Assembly: GCA_015065135.1 (NCBI GenBank)
Contig: SVQY01000007.1
Span: forward strand, 2,216-66,215
Direction of reading: 5' to 3'
Length of the DNA: 64,000 bases
Origin: Oscillospiraceae bacterium
Lineage (GTDB): Bacteria > Bacillota > Clostridia > Oscillospirales > CAG-272
Below are positions 28,291-37,585 of this stretch, one piece after another. A model generated the notes under the pieces. The model ran no database searches, had not been told where the DNA came from, and worked only from the letters and a program-made list of their open reading frames with translations. A program made the translations under genes and the position numbers. The first letter of the stretch is position 1; each line of letters opens with the position of its first letter.

Positions 28291-29280
28291 TTATTTTTCG
28301 GGATAATATGCGGCACGGAAGCCAACTGCCTCACCGCAGTATCCCCTGGGGTCGTCCAGGCAGGTCTTGAACACGCCCGCATTCTCCCCTTGCCCCCATC
28401 TGCCACCGCGGAACATCATCCGCTCCGAGGCACCGTTGTTGGCGTAAAGGTCCACTCCGTCAAGGGTCATACCGGGAACGGGCAACAGCGCCAGCGCCCA
28501 AAGCAGCTCCACTGCCTGCGGGCAAAGCCCCTTGGCCGTTGTCTGTACAAACGGCGCAAAGCGAGCGTGAGCATAGGCATCCTGTACGGCCTCTGCCGTA
28601 TAGACCCAATGCCCCTCCGCAAAATCCAACTTGACACTGTTCGCGGTGGTGCCCTCTCCGTCGGGGGTCAGATAGCCGCCGCTTTTGCCGTCGATTGCAA
28701 GCCAGGTGTCCTGCTGCATCAGCTGCAGCTCGCCGCGCACAAGACGAAAGCCGCCCATCCACTCCCACACGTTACCGTTCAGGTCATAAATGCCGTCGGC
28801 GGCCCCGTTGTGACTCCAGGCAACAGGCCCCGTTCCCGTAGCAACGCGCAAGATCCCCTTCTCGTCATCCCGATAGGAAACGCGCGCCACCGCCTCTGCT
28901 TCACGGTGATCCTTGCCCTCTCCGTTGTTTCCATAGGGCAAATATCCGTTTTTCAGACACCAAAGAGCAACGGCTCCCCATTCCATAGCGGTCATCAGAT
29001 GCCAGCCCTCCCCCTTTCGGGCACAGGCTGCCTCTGCCTCATCCCACGTGATGCAAACGGCGGGATCCCGATCCGCCACGGATCGGGCACCCCCTTTTTC
29101 GACCACGTTCTGATATTTTGAAATGTAAATGCCGTCCAGCACGCGCCCGTTTACCGCAAAGGCGGGATGGGGCGTGCGGCGTGCGCCCGCAATCACATCA
29201 CACAGATCAAAGCACGGAATATATACCATCAGTGAGGAGCTCCCCACCCCGTCGATCAGCGTTTCATTTTTTAGCATCAT
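28291..29280 (-). CDS. CLec/FGE-sulfatase-fold protein resembling phage major tropism determinant (Mtd) DGR targets
   Basis: HPAF.VNG, IYISKYQ, KG.GWHLMT..EW, TGTGP..WSH, DLNGNVWEW, C-terminal RGG.W..G..AGVF...GFR. Confidence 0.75.
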   Translation of the reverse strand: MMLKNETLIDGVGSSSLMVYIPCFDLCDVIAGARRTPHPAFAVNGRVLDGIYISKYQNVVEKGGARSVADRDPAVCITWDEAEAACARKGEGWHLMTAMEWGAVALWCLKNGYLPYGNNGEGKDHREAEAVARVSYRDDEKGILRVATGTGPVAWSHNGAADGIYDLNGNVWEWMGGFRLVRGELQLMQQDTWLAIDGKSGGYLTPDGEGTTANSVKLDFAEGHWVYTAEAVQDAYAHARFAPFVQTTAKGLCPQAVELLWALALLPVPGMTLDGVDLYANNGASERMMFRGGRWGQGENAGVFKTCLDDPRGYCGEAVGFRAAYYPEK

Positions 29281-29314
29281 TTTTCAAAAAGTCCCCAAAC
29301 GGTATAGGTTTTTC

Positions 29315-31198
29315 TCATCTGAACGCGGCAGTACCGCTTGTTTTTGTGTACGTGTGCCACAGAAATTTACCTGTAACGGGCTCGGTGCCCTCAGGGGCGC
29401 AATCAAAACGCAAGCGTTCCTCTGCCAGCTCCTCGATGGCATCGATCTCGCCTGCAAGATAGGCAAGAATACGCGCCTTTGCCGTTTCGAAGCGCAGCTG
29501 CTGACCGCCGTAACGAATGTCAAAGATCTCCCAGCCAAAGGGCTTGCAGTATTTCATCCAGGCGGCTCGATGCACGTCGCGCAGGGTGCGGAGCTTGGCG
29601 ACTACCGTGTCGCACTCCTCTGCCATTGCAGCCAGCGCTTCCCTATCGTCCGCATCGTATGCCTTCTTCAGTCGCACGCCGAAATCCGCCTTATTGTAAA
29701 GCAGATCGGCAAGGGCGCGCACCGTCTCGAAGGCAGGGGCAAAGATCCCTGCCGATCCGAGCCCTGCCAGCTCGGCGATCACCTTTTTATAGTAGGCCTG
29801 CATATCGATCCCCTCCAGATGCTTATCCATCAGGCCAAGCAGCGGATCGTTATAGACCAACGAACGGGTGATACACATATCCGCTCCATGGGGATGCTCG
29901 GGCAGCTCGGTCTTCAAAAAATCGTCATAGCGCTCACCCACGGCGTAACGGAAGCAGCGCTTGACGCTTTCCTCGTCATATCCGCCGGTGTAGTCGTAGT
30001 CCGCATACCAGGCAAGACCCGCAAGAGACAGCACAAGGCAGGACTCCGCGCCGTTGTGCCAGACGGTGGCCAGCACCTCGCGGATGCCCTTCTTACGGCA
30101 GGCATCCAGCGCAGGGATGGTGTGGCGCAGAGAGCGGGAAAAGAGCGGACAGTGACCGCTCCAGGTCCAGACACCGCCTGCAAACATGATATTCTCCCCA
30201 AGCTGCCTGTGCTTGTCGATGTTCATGCTATAGAACTCCTCGTCGGGGTTGTAGTAATCCCAGAACACCTGCTGCACGCCACGCGGCACAAGCTCCGCAA
30301 TGTCGCTACGCAGCACGGTGCGCTTGTCATAATCCTTATAGCCCTGCAGCTGACCGCCCGACATACGAAAGAACATATCGCTCCACATCATAGGCTTAAA
30401 GCCGTAGCCGATCGCCATCTCGGACACCTTGTTCAGATGCCGCAGGTACAACTCCTCACGGGGGCGGTAACCGTTCTTATCCAGATACTTGCCGGTGCCG
30501 AGAGAGTGGGTCTCATCCATGCCGATGTGCAAGCGGCGACTGGTGAAGCACGCCGCCACGGTGCGCAACATATCGTCGATCAAGCGATAGGTCTCCTCCG
30601 CATCCACCATCAGAACGTCCGCGGTGTCCTTGTAGGGTGCAGTCACGCTCCAACGCAGAGCGCTTTCCAGATGCCCCAGGGTCTGGATACAGGGCACCAG
30701 CTCGATACCGAGCTTGAGGGCGTAAGCATCCAGCTCCTTGATCTCGGCGGGGGTATAGCGACCGCGCATATAGCCGAAATAGGGGCGACCCTCGATCTCA
30801 TAGGTGTCCTCTGTATAAAGCATAAAGGTATTCATGCCCATCAGCGCCATTTTGCGCAGCATCATCTTGACGGTAGGAACATTCATCACCGCATTGCGGG
30901 ACATATCCACCATGGCGCCATTGCTGCAAAAGAGAGGCGTTTCTGTAACAGTCCTTTCGCAAACGCCCTCCTTCAGCCAGCCCACAAGGGTGGCAAGACC
31001 TCTGAAAAAGCGCGCCCTTCCACCGCCGTAGGAGATCGTTGCCTTGTCACTTGCCAGCGAGATGCAAAGCTGATCCCGCTCCAGCTCGCACACGGTCACG
31101 GTCACCTCCGCATCGGGGGCAAGGGTCACGTCCAGATCCTCCAGGAGCAGCGCGATACCGTCATCCAGACCTTGTGCATTTTCAAAATAAAGCTTCAT
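29315..31198 (-). CDS. GH20 beta-N-acetylhexosaminidase (GcnA-like)
   Basis: Start moved to MKLYF; DMSRNAV, LYTEDTY, PCIQTLGH, HIGMDE, MWSDM, WDYY. Confidence 0.9.
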   Translation of the reverse strand: MKLYFENAQGLDDGIALLLEDLDVTLAPDAEVTVTVCELERDQLCISLASDKATISYGGGRARFFRGLATLVGWLKEGVCERTVTETPLFCSNGAMVDMSRNAVMNVPTVKMMLRKMALMGMNTFMLYTEDTYEIEGRPYFGYMRGRYTPAEIKELDAYALKLGIELVPCIQTLGHLESALRWSVTAPYKDTADVLMVDAEETYRLIDDMLRTVAACFTSRRLHIGMDETHSLGTGKYLDKNGYRPREELYLRHLNKVSEMAIGYGFKPMMWSDMFFRMSGGQLQGYKDYDKRTVLRSDIAELVPRGVQQVFWDYYNPDEEFYSMNIDKHRQLGENIMFAGGVWTWSGHCPLFSRSLRHTIPALDACRKKGIREVLATVWHNGAESCLVLSLAGLAWYADYDYTGGYDEESVKRCFRYAVGERYDDFLKTELPEHPHGADMCITRSLVYNDPLLGLMDKHLEGIDMQAYYKKVIAELAGLGSAGIFAPAFETVRALADLLYNKADFGVRLKKAYDADDREALAAMAEECDTVVAKLRTLRDVHRAAWMKYCKPFGWEIFDIRYGGQQLRFETAKARILAYLAGEIDAIEELAEERLRFDCAPEGTEPVTGKFLWHTYTKTSGTAAFR

Positions 31199-31220
31199 AA
31201 TAGTTTCCACCTTTCCCAAA

Positions 31221-32519
31221 TCAAAGCTGCTTCACAAGCTCTGCCGCATTTTCGATCATGCGGTCCAGAACCGATAATTCAAAGGGGGCGCTTGGCAATA
31301 TCGCCTCGTAGACCCGACCGCCAAAGGCGGGCTCGGTGGCAAAATACCCCAGCTCGTTATTGGCAAGCTCGGAGATCATCACCTGTCTCGGCGCCACCAG
31401 CGCGCGCAGACGGAGGCCCAGATCCGAGAAGGGCTCACCCGGGATGCCGACCACGTAAAGCTCGCCGATACGGATGACCTGCAGCTCCACCTGCTCGGTG
31501 TAGCGCGGTTGCTCTTGCAGGGCGTACAACTCCCTTGCAAGGCGGCGATCCACCTTGCTGCTCTCGTTTGCCAGCACCGCTGCCGCCCATTGCATATCCA
31601 CGTCGGCAGGCTGACGGCGGGGCTCCTCATAGCGGCGATGAGCTACGCCGACCGTTGTATCTGCCATCGGCCGCAAACGCTTGTGCAGCTCCAGCACATC
31701 GTCTGCAAGGATCCTGCCCATTTTTTTATAATGATCCTTGGGATAGCGGAAATCGGGATCCGTAAAACGTCTCGCATCAATGTGATTGACATTGCCGCTG
31801 CAGCCGTTAAAAAACAGCACCGTGTAATCGTTTCCGTATACCGTTTTCAGATTTTGGCGCATAGCACCGGGAAAATCAGCAGAATATTCGGTGCCCCCCA
31901 CCGTATCGGGGTGGCAAGCGAAATTGACGATCTCCGCTACGGGCTTGCCCGACATATCCTCAAATCGAAGCACAGACAGAGTGGGGTCGATGGGGGTCAC
32001 CGCCTCCACGATCTCATGAGCGTGCTTACGCCCCGGGTTCATTTTAATACTGCCGTCGGTCAGGCGGTAGTTGCGGCAAAAGCTGATGCGATCCTCCTGC
32101 CCCACGGCAAAGCTTGCGATCACCGGCACACGAGCGCGGTATGCCGAAACAGCGGCATCCACCGTCTCGCGAAAGAACAGCGCGTCCGTTTCCGCATCCT
32201 CACCCTGCCCCCAAAAGGTATCCAGCAGCTGCGGACCGCCGGTGTGGATATGAATGGCGCTGACCATGATGGCGGTGGGGGCTATCCCCGTTTCCTTGGA
32301 GACCGCCGCACGCACGCGGTCGGTAAAATCAGTGCCGAGACCGCTGGTATCGATAGAAATCAGAATCGCCGCATTGCCCTCACACTCCACCGCCAACGCG
32401 TGGGTGTAAAGATCATCCTTCACGCCCGTGGCGTAGTTGGGGGCCATGCATTGGGGAATATTCTTACCAAGGGGCGGCGTGACCACACGCTCCGCCGCAC
32501 CGCATTTCAGCTGCTTCAT
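31221..32519 (-). CDS. Neutral/alkaline ceramidase-like metallohydrolase
   Basis: HIHTGG, NFACHP, SADFPG, NGCSGNVN, PGEPF, GY. Confidence 0.75.
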   Translation of the reverse strand: MKQLKCGAAERVVTPPLGKNIPQCMAPNYATGVKDDLYTHALAVECEGNAAILISIDTSGLGTDFTDRVRAAVSKETGIAPTAIMVSAIHIHTGGPQLLDTFWGQGEDAETDALFFRETVDAAVSAYRARVPVIASFAVGQEDRISFCRNYRLTDGSIKMNPGRKHAHEIVEAVTPIDPTLSVLRFEDMSGKPVAEIVNFACHPDTVGGTEYSADFPGAMRQNLKTVYGNDYTVLFFNGCSGNVNHIDARRFTDPDFRYPKDHYKKMGRILADDVLELHKRLRPMADTTVGVAHRRYEEPRRQPADVDMQWAAAVLANESSKVDRRLARELYALQEQPRYTEQVELQVIRIGELYVVGIPGEPFSDLGLRLRALVAPRQVMISELANNELGYFATEPAFGGRVYEAILPSAPFELSVLDRMIENAAELVKQL

Positions 32520-32578
32520 GTCGTGCCTCCATTATGAACTGATAAATGCCGTTTTTATCCAAAAACGCATACCGTTTC

Positions 32579-34150
32579 TTATTTTTCTTCTATCGGCACC
32601 GTCAGCAAAGAGTGCTGCAGATACACCGTATTGTGTGCGATCTTGGCCGTTGCCTGCTCGCTGTAAAGCCCCTTTTTATTGGTGTGGCGCACGTAATGCT
32701 CCGCATTGGCGGAGGCGATATCCACACGCAGGCGCTCTCCCTTTTTGATCAGGAAGGCATGCTCATCAAAGCTAAAGCGCAGGTCCACCGCCGTGCCGGG
32801 CGCATAGTCCCCCAGCTGATAGCAAAGAGACGTGATATCGTCGCGCAGACCAAAGTCACCGCGCTCCTTGGCAATACTGACGCGCACGTAAAAGCAGGTG
32901 TCCTCGCAGTCCGAGCAAACGCGCAGGGTCGCGGACATCTTGCCCTTTACCTGCGTATCCCGTTCAAAGGGGGCGGTGTAGACCGAGATGATATCATGCC
33001 GCGCATTGGGCGGATCCTGAAAAGCACTGCCGCCGAAGTTGCAGGAAAGCCCGCCCTTGAAGCGGGGCGGATCAAAGGGATTATAGGTATAGCTGACCGA
33101 CGCCTTGCCAAGTGGCAAGGAAAGCGCGGCATCCGGCTGCGCGAAATCATCGGTCTGCCAGCAATTTGCAAACAAATTATAGTAGGTGACCTTACCGGGG
33201 GGCACGGGCGGCTTGCTCCCCTTTCGGATGGCATCCAGCCAATCGATCTCGTGATCCGCACCAAAGCCCTCCTTCCGCCGTCCCTTGGGGAAGGCGTAGC
33301 CGGTCGCCTCGTTGAAGCTATCTCCGTGATCGTACGGTGACACCAAAAGTGCACAACGTGCACGGCTTTCCGCGCTCATGGCGTGCCACATATCGAAAAT
33401 GCCGCCGGTATAAAGATCGTAAAAGCCTGTGGTAAACAGTACCGGAAAATTCACGTGATCGGTCGCCCCACGCGCATCCGCACCGCCGTTGTGGGTCTGC
33501 CAGAAGGGATCGGTAGGACGGGGAGAGCGCAGCATCTCGTCAAAATCCGCCACCGACTCCCCGAACACGGTCTCGGTAAAGGCGGAAAGGGGCAAGGTCT
33601 CAAAGCTGCCCTTGGTATAGTGCTTTTTCATTTTGGACTTGGCCTTGTACATGCCCACGTACCAGTTACCGTGAAGCCCCTTTTTGAGAAAGCCGTTGCG
33701 GTAGCAAATATTATAGCGCTCGGTATCCTGAATGCCGAAGATGGCACCCTTGATATCCTCCTCGAAGGGGGCGGCGCAGTAATGCACGCTGGTCAGATAG
33801 CTGCCGCCCTTTAAAAACAGCTCGCCGTTATAAAAGGGCTGCTGACGGATCCATGCATACAGGGCACGGGTATCCTCCCGCTCGTTGATATACGGAATGC
33901 AATCGCCCTCGCTCTTGCCTCTGCCGCGGCAATGCTGCAGCACGATGGCGTAGCCTCGCTCCAGCCACCGCACGTGCTCCTTCAGATAGGCGGCGCAGAT
34001 CTCCGCCTCGGAAAGTGGCTCCAATGCATCCACGTAGGGCGTTCTGATCACCACGCAGGGGAACTGCCCCTCATCACGCGGCAGCAATACCGCCGTAAAG
34101 AGACGTGTGCCCTTGGAGACCACCGCCTCACAATATGCCTTATACTCCAT
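32579..34150 (-). CDS. CocE/NonD family serine hydrolase
   Basis: RTPY, RGRGKSEG, GGSY nucleophile, GFYD, PYDH, C-terminal RLRVDIAS. Confidence 0.88.
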   Translation of the reverse strand: MEYKAYCEAVVSKGTRLFTAVLLPRDEGQFPCVVIRTPYVDALEPLSEAEICAAYLKEHVRWLERGYAIVLQHCRGRGKSEGDCIPYINEREDTRALYAWIRQQPFYNGELFLKGGSYLTSVHYCAAPFEEDIKGAIFGIQDTERYNICYRNGFLKKGLHGNWYVGMYKAKSKMKKHYTKGSFETLPLSAFTETVFGESVADFDEMLRSPRPTDPFWQTHNGGADARGATDHVNFPVLFTTGFYDLYTGGIFDMWHAMSAESRARCALLVSPYDHGDSFNEATGYAFPKGRRKEGFGADHEIDWLDAIRKGSKPPVPPGKVTYYNLFANCWQTDDFAQPDAALSLPLGKASVSYTYNPFDPPRFKGGLSCNFGGSAFQDPPNARHDIISVYTAPFERDTQVKGKMSATLRVCSDCEDTCFYVRVSIAKERGDFGLRDDITSLCYQLGDYAPGTAVDLRFSFDEHAFLIKKGERLRVDIASANAEHYVRHTNKKGLYSEQATAKIAHNTVYLQHSLLTVPIEEK

Positions 34151-34269
34151 TTTCTCACCCCGTTGCCGTATATTTTGACCGATTCCCTCTTCACCAGATG
34201 AATGGGATCAAGCTTCTTTTTGCCTTTTTTTCAATGCCGCATCGCTCGTAAGCGCTTGCGGTATCAGCT

Positions 34270-35889
34270 TCATTGCGGCTTCCCCTTCACCGCATTGTAT
34301 ACGGTCAGATAGTCGTTGGTCAGCACGGTATCAATGCCCATGTCAAAATAGCGACACGCCTCCTCGGGGTCGTCTGCCCAGAACACGTTGCAAAGGATGC
34401 CGTGGGCGTGGGCCTTGTCGATGCTCTCCTGATTGAAATAGGGCTTGAACAGCTGCACCTTATAGGCACCCAGCGCAATGGCGCGATCCACAATGGACAT
34501 GGGATCCTTGTTGCCATCCCAACCCACGCAAACACGCAGGTCGGGAGCGTACGCCATCACGCGCTTGATGATGGCATCGCTTGTGGTCATAAAGTAAATA
34601 TGCTTTTCGCAATCGTATTTGCGCACCAGCCCCACGATCTCCTCGATCTTGGCATCCTCGCAATTTTTATCCCAGATCTTCACGTGGATGTTCATGATCA
34701 CGCGACCTGCGAACTTTTGCAGGATCTCTTCAAAGGTCGGGATCTGCAAGCCCCTGAATTTTTCACTGTGCTTGGCACCGAAGTCCAGCTGCAGCAATTC
34801 CTCGTAGGTATGGTCGTAGATCTTGCCGCTGCCGTTGCTGACACGGTCAAGAGTGCTATCGTGGCAGGAGACCAGCACGCCGTCCTTGGTGGACCACAGG
34901 TCAAACTCGATCTCCTCTGCCCCCAGCGCCACCGCCGCGCCAAAGGCGGGCATACTGTTTTCGGGCGCCACGGTGCTGAAGCCGCGGTGAGCGCAAAGAC
35001 GGGGATAGGCCATCACACCGTCAAAGGGCACCACCGAGGGGCCGCCGTTACGGTAGAGCCAGGGTCTGCGCCCCTCCTCGATGTATTCGTAATGGGATCT
35101 CAGCTTGCCCATATGCCCGGCGGGCTTGTAGTACTTATTCTGCGGATCGATCTCGCAAACGCCGAGCCCCACGCGGCTTTCCATATTCAGCAGCATTTCG
35201 CCCTTGGGGGATACCACCATGCTGCAGCCGCAAAGCTTGGCATCCTCGCCGAGAGACACCGAGGCGCGGATAAGGTGCGCGTTGGTGTTGTAGCAAAGGA
35301 AGCGGTTGATGATGGAAAGCGCCTCGTGACTATCGGTGCGCTGCAGCGAGCAGCCGATGATGATATCCACCTTTTCGCGGGCGATCCGTGCGAAATTTTC
35401 ATAGAAATAAAAGTCGTAGCAGGTGAGGAACGCAAAGCGCAGCCCCTCCAGCTCCAGCACGTAAGGCGCGGCGGTCTCGTAGCTGTACGCCACGTCAAGA
35501 GCGTGTCCGCCCTCCGCATCGGTCTTCACCTCGCTGGGCGCGGGATGCGCCTTGAAATACCGCCCCACGATATGGCCCTCACGGTCGATGGCGTGCGTGG
35601 TGTTGCGGATGCCCTGCTCGGTCCGATAGCCCGCATTGACGAAAAGGAGCGCGTGGCATCGCTTTGCCGTTTCGCAGGCCTTTTGCAGCAGTATCGCGTT
35701 GTTCGCCTCCACCGCATCGTAAAAGCCCTTCTCCCCCTGCACGTCCGCAGGCGCATCGCTATACTCGGGCAGAACGATCAGATCCATGCTCTCGTCGCAT
35801 TGATCCAGCAGCGCAAGCAGATCCCCAAAGCATTGCGCCAGGTCCTTTTCATCAAAGGAATAATGAGGCTGAATGACACAAATTTTCAT
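34270..35889 (-). CDS. Carbon-nitrogen hydrolase fused to a glycerophosphodiester phosphodiesterase
   Basis: N-half LIVLPE, YFKAH, LTCYD (Glu-Lys-Cys triad); C-half AHRG, APENS, IEFD, CHD..LDR, IPTFEE, TND. Confidence 0.85.
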   Translation of the reverse strand: MKICVIQPHYSFDEKDLAQCFGDLLALLDQCDESMDLIVLPEYSDAPADVQGEKGFYDAVEANNAILLQKACETAKRCHALLFVNAGYRTEQGIRNTTHAIDREGHIVGRYFKAHPAPSEVKTDAEGGHALDVAYSYETAAPYVLELEGLRFAFLTCYDFYFYENFARIAREKVDIIIGCSLQRTDSHEALSIINRFLCYNTNAHLIRASVSLGEDAKLCGCSMVVSPKGEMLLNMESRVGLGVCEIDPQNKYYKPAGHMGKLRSHYEYIEEGRRPWLYRNGGPSVVPFDGVMAYPRLCAHRGFSTVAPENSMPAFGAAVALGAEEIEFDLWSTKDGVLVSCHDSTLDRVSNGSGKIYDHTYEELLQLDFGAKHSEKFRGLQIPTFEEILQKFAGRVIMNIHVKIWDKNCEDAKIEEIVGLVRKYDCEKHIYFMTTSDAIIKRVMAYAPDLRVCVGWDGNKDPMSIVDRAIALGAYKVQLFKPYFNQESIDKAHAHGILCNVFWADDPEEACRYFDMGIDTVLTNDYLTVYNAVKGKPQ

Positions 35890-35952
35890 AGACGGTCTCC
35901 TTTTTTAGCGAATTGGGCAAAAAGATTTTTTCAAGGCAAGCTTCGTTCGGGC

Positions 35953-35994
35953 TTACGGTTTTTGTTTCGTCAGACGATCGACAAGCTCAACGTG
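35953..35994 (-). repeat. Displaced rlmD 3'-end copy (HVELVDRLTKQKP*)
   Basis: CACGTTGAGCTTGTCGATCGTCTG, 18/24 identical to the live rlmD end by manual count. Confidence 0.6.
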
Positions 35995-36043
35995 AGCGAG
36001 GAGCGCAAAAGGTATATTTTCCATTCCCCAAAAGCTGCCTGTT

Positions 36044-36514
36044 TTATATCCAGTGCGTCACTTGCGAATATGGGATTTTTTCCATACTCACCAACGAATA
36101 AGTTTTTGTTTCATATTCACAAAGACAGTATTCGTAGCCATCCTTTCGCCATCTTTGCACAGGTACATATAGCATTTCTCCATCGCTTGAAAAACTGCCA
36201 TATACGTCTATAGCCTCGTAAAAACGCGGAAGCGTAACTCTCAGCTTTTGTGTAAAATCTTCTAAGGAGATGATATAGAAATGCTTGCCATTTTCCAACG
36301 CAAAGAGTTCTGTTTCATCAGGCTTTACATCTCCCGTATACAAATAATTGTATCTTTTGATTTGGTTGAGCAAAGTACCCGTTTTCTTATCCGATATAAC
36401 GACGCTACCGCCCGTAATATGAACAACAAACTTATCTGTATGTATCGTAAAATTCCAATGCAAGTCCAAATCAAACGTTCTGATCCATTTCCCGTCAGAA
36501 ATCGTTTTATTCAT
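36044..36514 (-). CDS. Hypothetical protein (beta-rich, AT-rich cargo)
   Basis: Start moved to MNKTIS after AAGGAGG; no family recognised. Confidence 0.7.
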   Translation of the reverse strand: MNKTISDGKWIRTFDLDLHWNFTIHTDKFVVHITGGSVVISDKKTGTLLNQIKRYNYLYTGDVKPDETELFALENGKHFYIISLEDFTQKLRVTLPRFYEAIDVYGSFSSDGEMLYVPVQRWRKDGYEYCLCEYETKTYSLVSMEKIPYSQVTHWI

Positions 36515-36521
36515 ATGACTT

Positions 36522-36557
36522 TTACCTCCTTGCGAGACAAACGACACTCTCAACGTA
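36522..36557 (-). repeat. Displaced rlmD 3'-end copy (YVESVVCLARR*)
   Basis: TACGTTGAGAGTGTCGTTTGTCTC, 20/24 identical to the live rlmD end by manual count. Confidence 0.75.
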
Positions 36558-36621
36558 GGTCAAGAGAGCAAAAGGTCTCAAAATCAGTCAAAAACGGGGG
36601 TTGTAAAGCCAAAAGGTATAT

Positions 36622-37134
36622 TTACTTCCCGCGATTTTTCTTATAGTTAACAACAAACAAAAGTGCGCCTACCGATATTGAGAGTGCCATAATCGTTGGA
36701 CCAACAATATGTGCGGTCTTTTCGTTTTTGCTATATTCATTCAAAACATCGTTGAGTGATAAATATGTTTCACCGTTATATTCAAGGGCGCATATTTTTC
36801 TTAATCCACCACTTTTTTCAAAATAAGTAATCGTAAGTTCTTTGCCTATCTGTAGCTCTTCAAATAATCTTCTATCAATGTTGTCATAGCATATTCCTGT
36901 TGCCTCAAAGTAAGAATTATCTTCAAATCGCACATCGAAGTAAGAACCTTTAGAATTTCCAAAAATATTATCGTACCATTTCTCATCGTATTGATTGAAT
37001 TTAGACACAATACCCGTTTGCTGTTTTAATCCCGTCGGCTGTTGATATGAGAAAGTGAATATTAAACTAAGCACTAAAACAAGCAGCAGCACAATTGCTA
37101 TTAAAATGTTAAAGGCTACAAATCTGTTTTTCAT
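36622..37134 (-). CDS. Hypothetical membrane protein (N- and C-terminal TM; AT-rich cargo)
   Basis: RBS AAAGGAG; two hydrophobic helices around a soluble domain. Confidence 0.75.
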   Translation of the reverse strand: MKNRFVAFNILIAIVLLLVLVLSLIFTFSYQQPTGLKQQTGIVSKFNQYDEKWYDNIFGNSKGSYFDVRFEDNSYFEATGICYDNIDRRLFEELQIGKELTITYFEKSGGLRKICALEYNGETYLSLNDVLNEYSKNEKTAHIVGPTIMALSISVGALLFVVNYKKNRGK

Positions 37135-37210
37135 AAGACTCCTTTCGATATGTTATACCGTACTGCTGTAAACTGAACTTTCGGGTCTTGCTCAAAACTC
37201 ACATTTGTCC

Positions 37211-37564
37211 TTATCCGTTTTCCTTTGCGGTGGTGATGGAAGCGATGAGCAGTTTGCGTATCTTACTGCATTTTGCGAACATATCCTTATATTCTTCCTC
37301 GGTTATCATGTGCGTATCTTTGAACAGACCGAGCCAATAGTCTGTTTCGTAGCACTCTTTAAGTGCGATTTGAAATTTGTTAATAAAGTCTGCTTTGCTT
37401 GCCGCATAGTTTGCTTCGTGAATATTCGCACCGATGCTTGTGCCGCTGCGTAATATTTGGTTTAGCAAAACATTGCTTTTGCGGTTTTCTTTGATATCGG
37501 TGCAAAGATTAACGATATCAACAGCAAATTGCTTTGACAAATCGACTAAAAAGTTTTCTTTCAT
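37211..37564 (-). CDS. Four helix bundle protein (23S rRNA IVP-like / TIGR02436)
   Basis: S.QFAVDIV, QILRSGTSIGANIHEA, S.ADFINK..IALKE..ET.YWL. Confidence 0.9.
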   Translation of the reverse strand: MKENFLVDLSKQFAVDIVNLCTDIKENRKSNVLLNQILRSGTSIGANIHEANYAASKADFINKFQIALKECYETDYWLGLFKDTHMITEEEYKDMFAKCSKIRKLLIASITTAKENG

Positions 37565-37585
37565 CGTAAAACCTCGCTACTAGAA

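Noticed and set aside
29129-31477. Long antisense ORFs (for example 29129-31477, 34273-36213, 19117-20853, 46379-48103, 9794-11440, 19-759)
   Set aside because: They are shadows of well-supported genes on the opposite strand, expected from biased codon usage, and carry no recognisable motifs.
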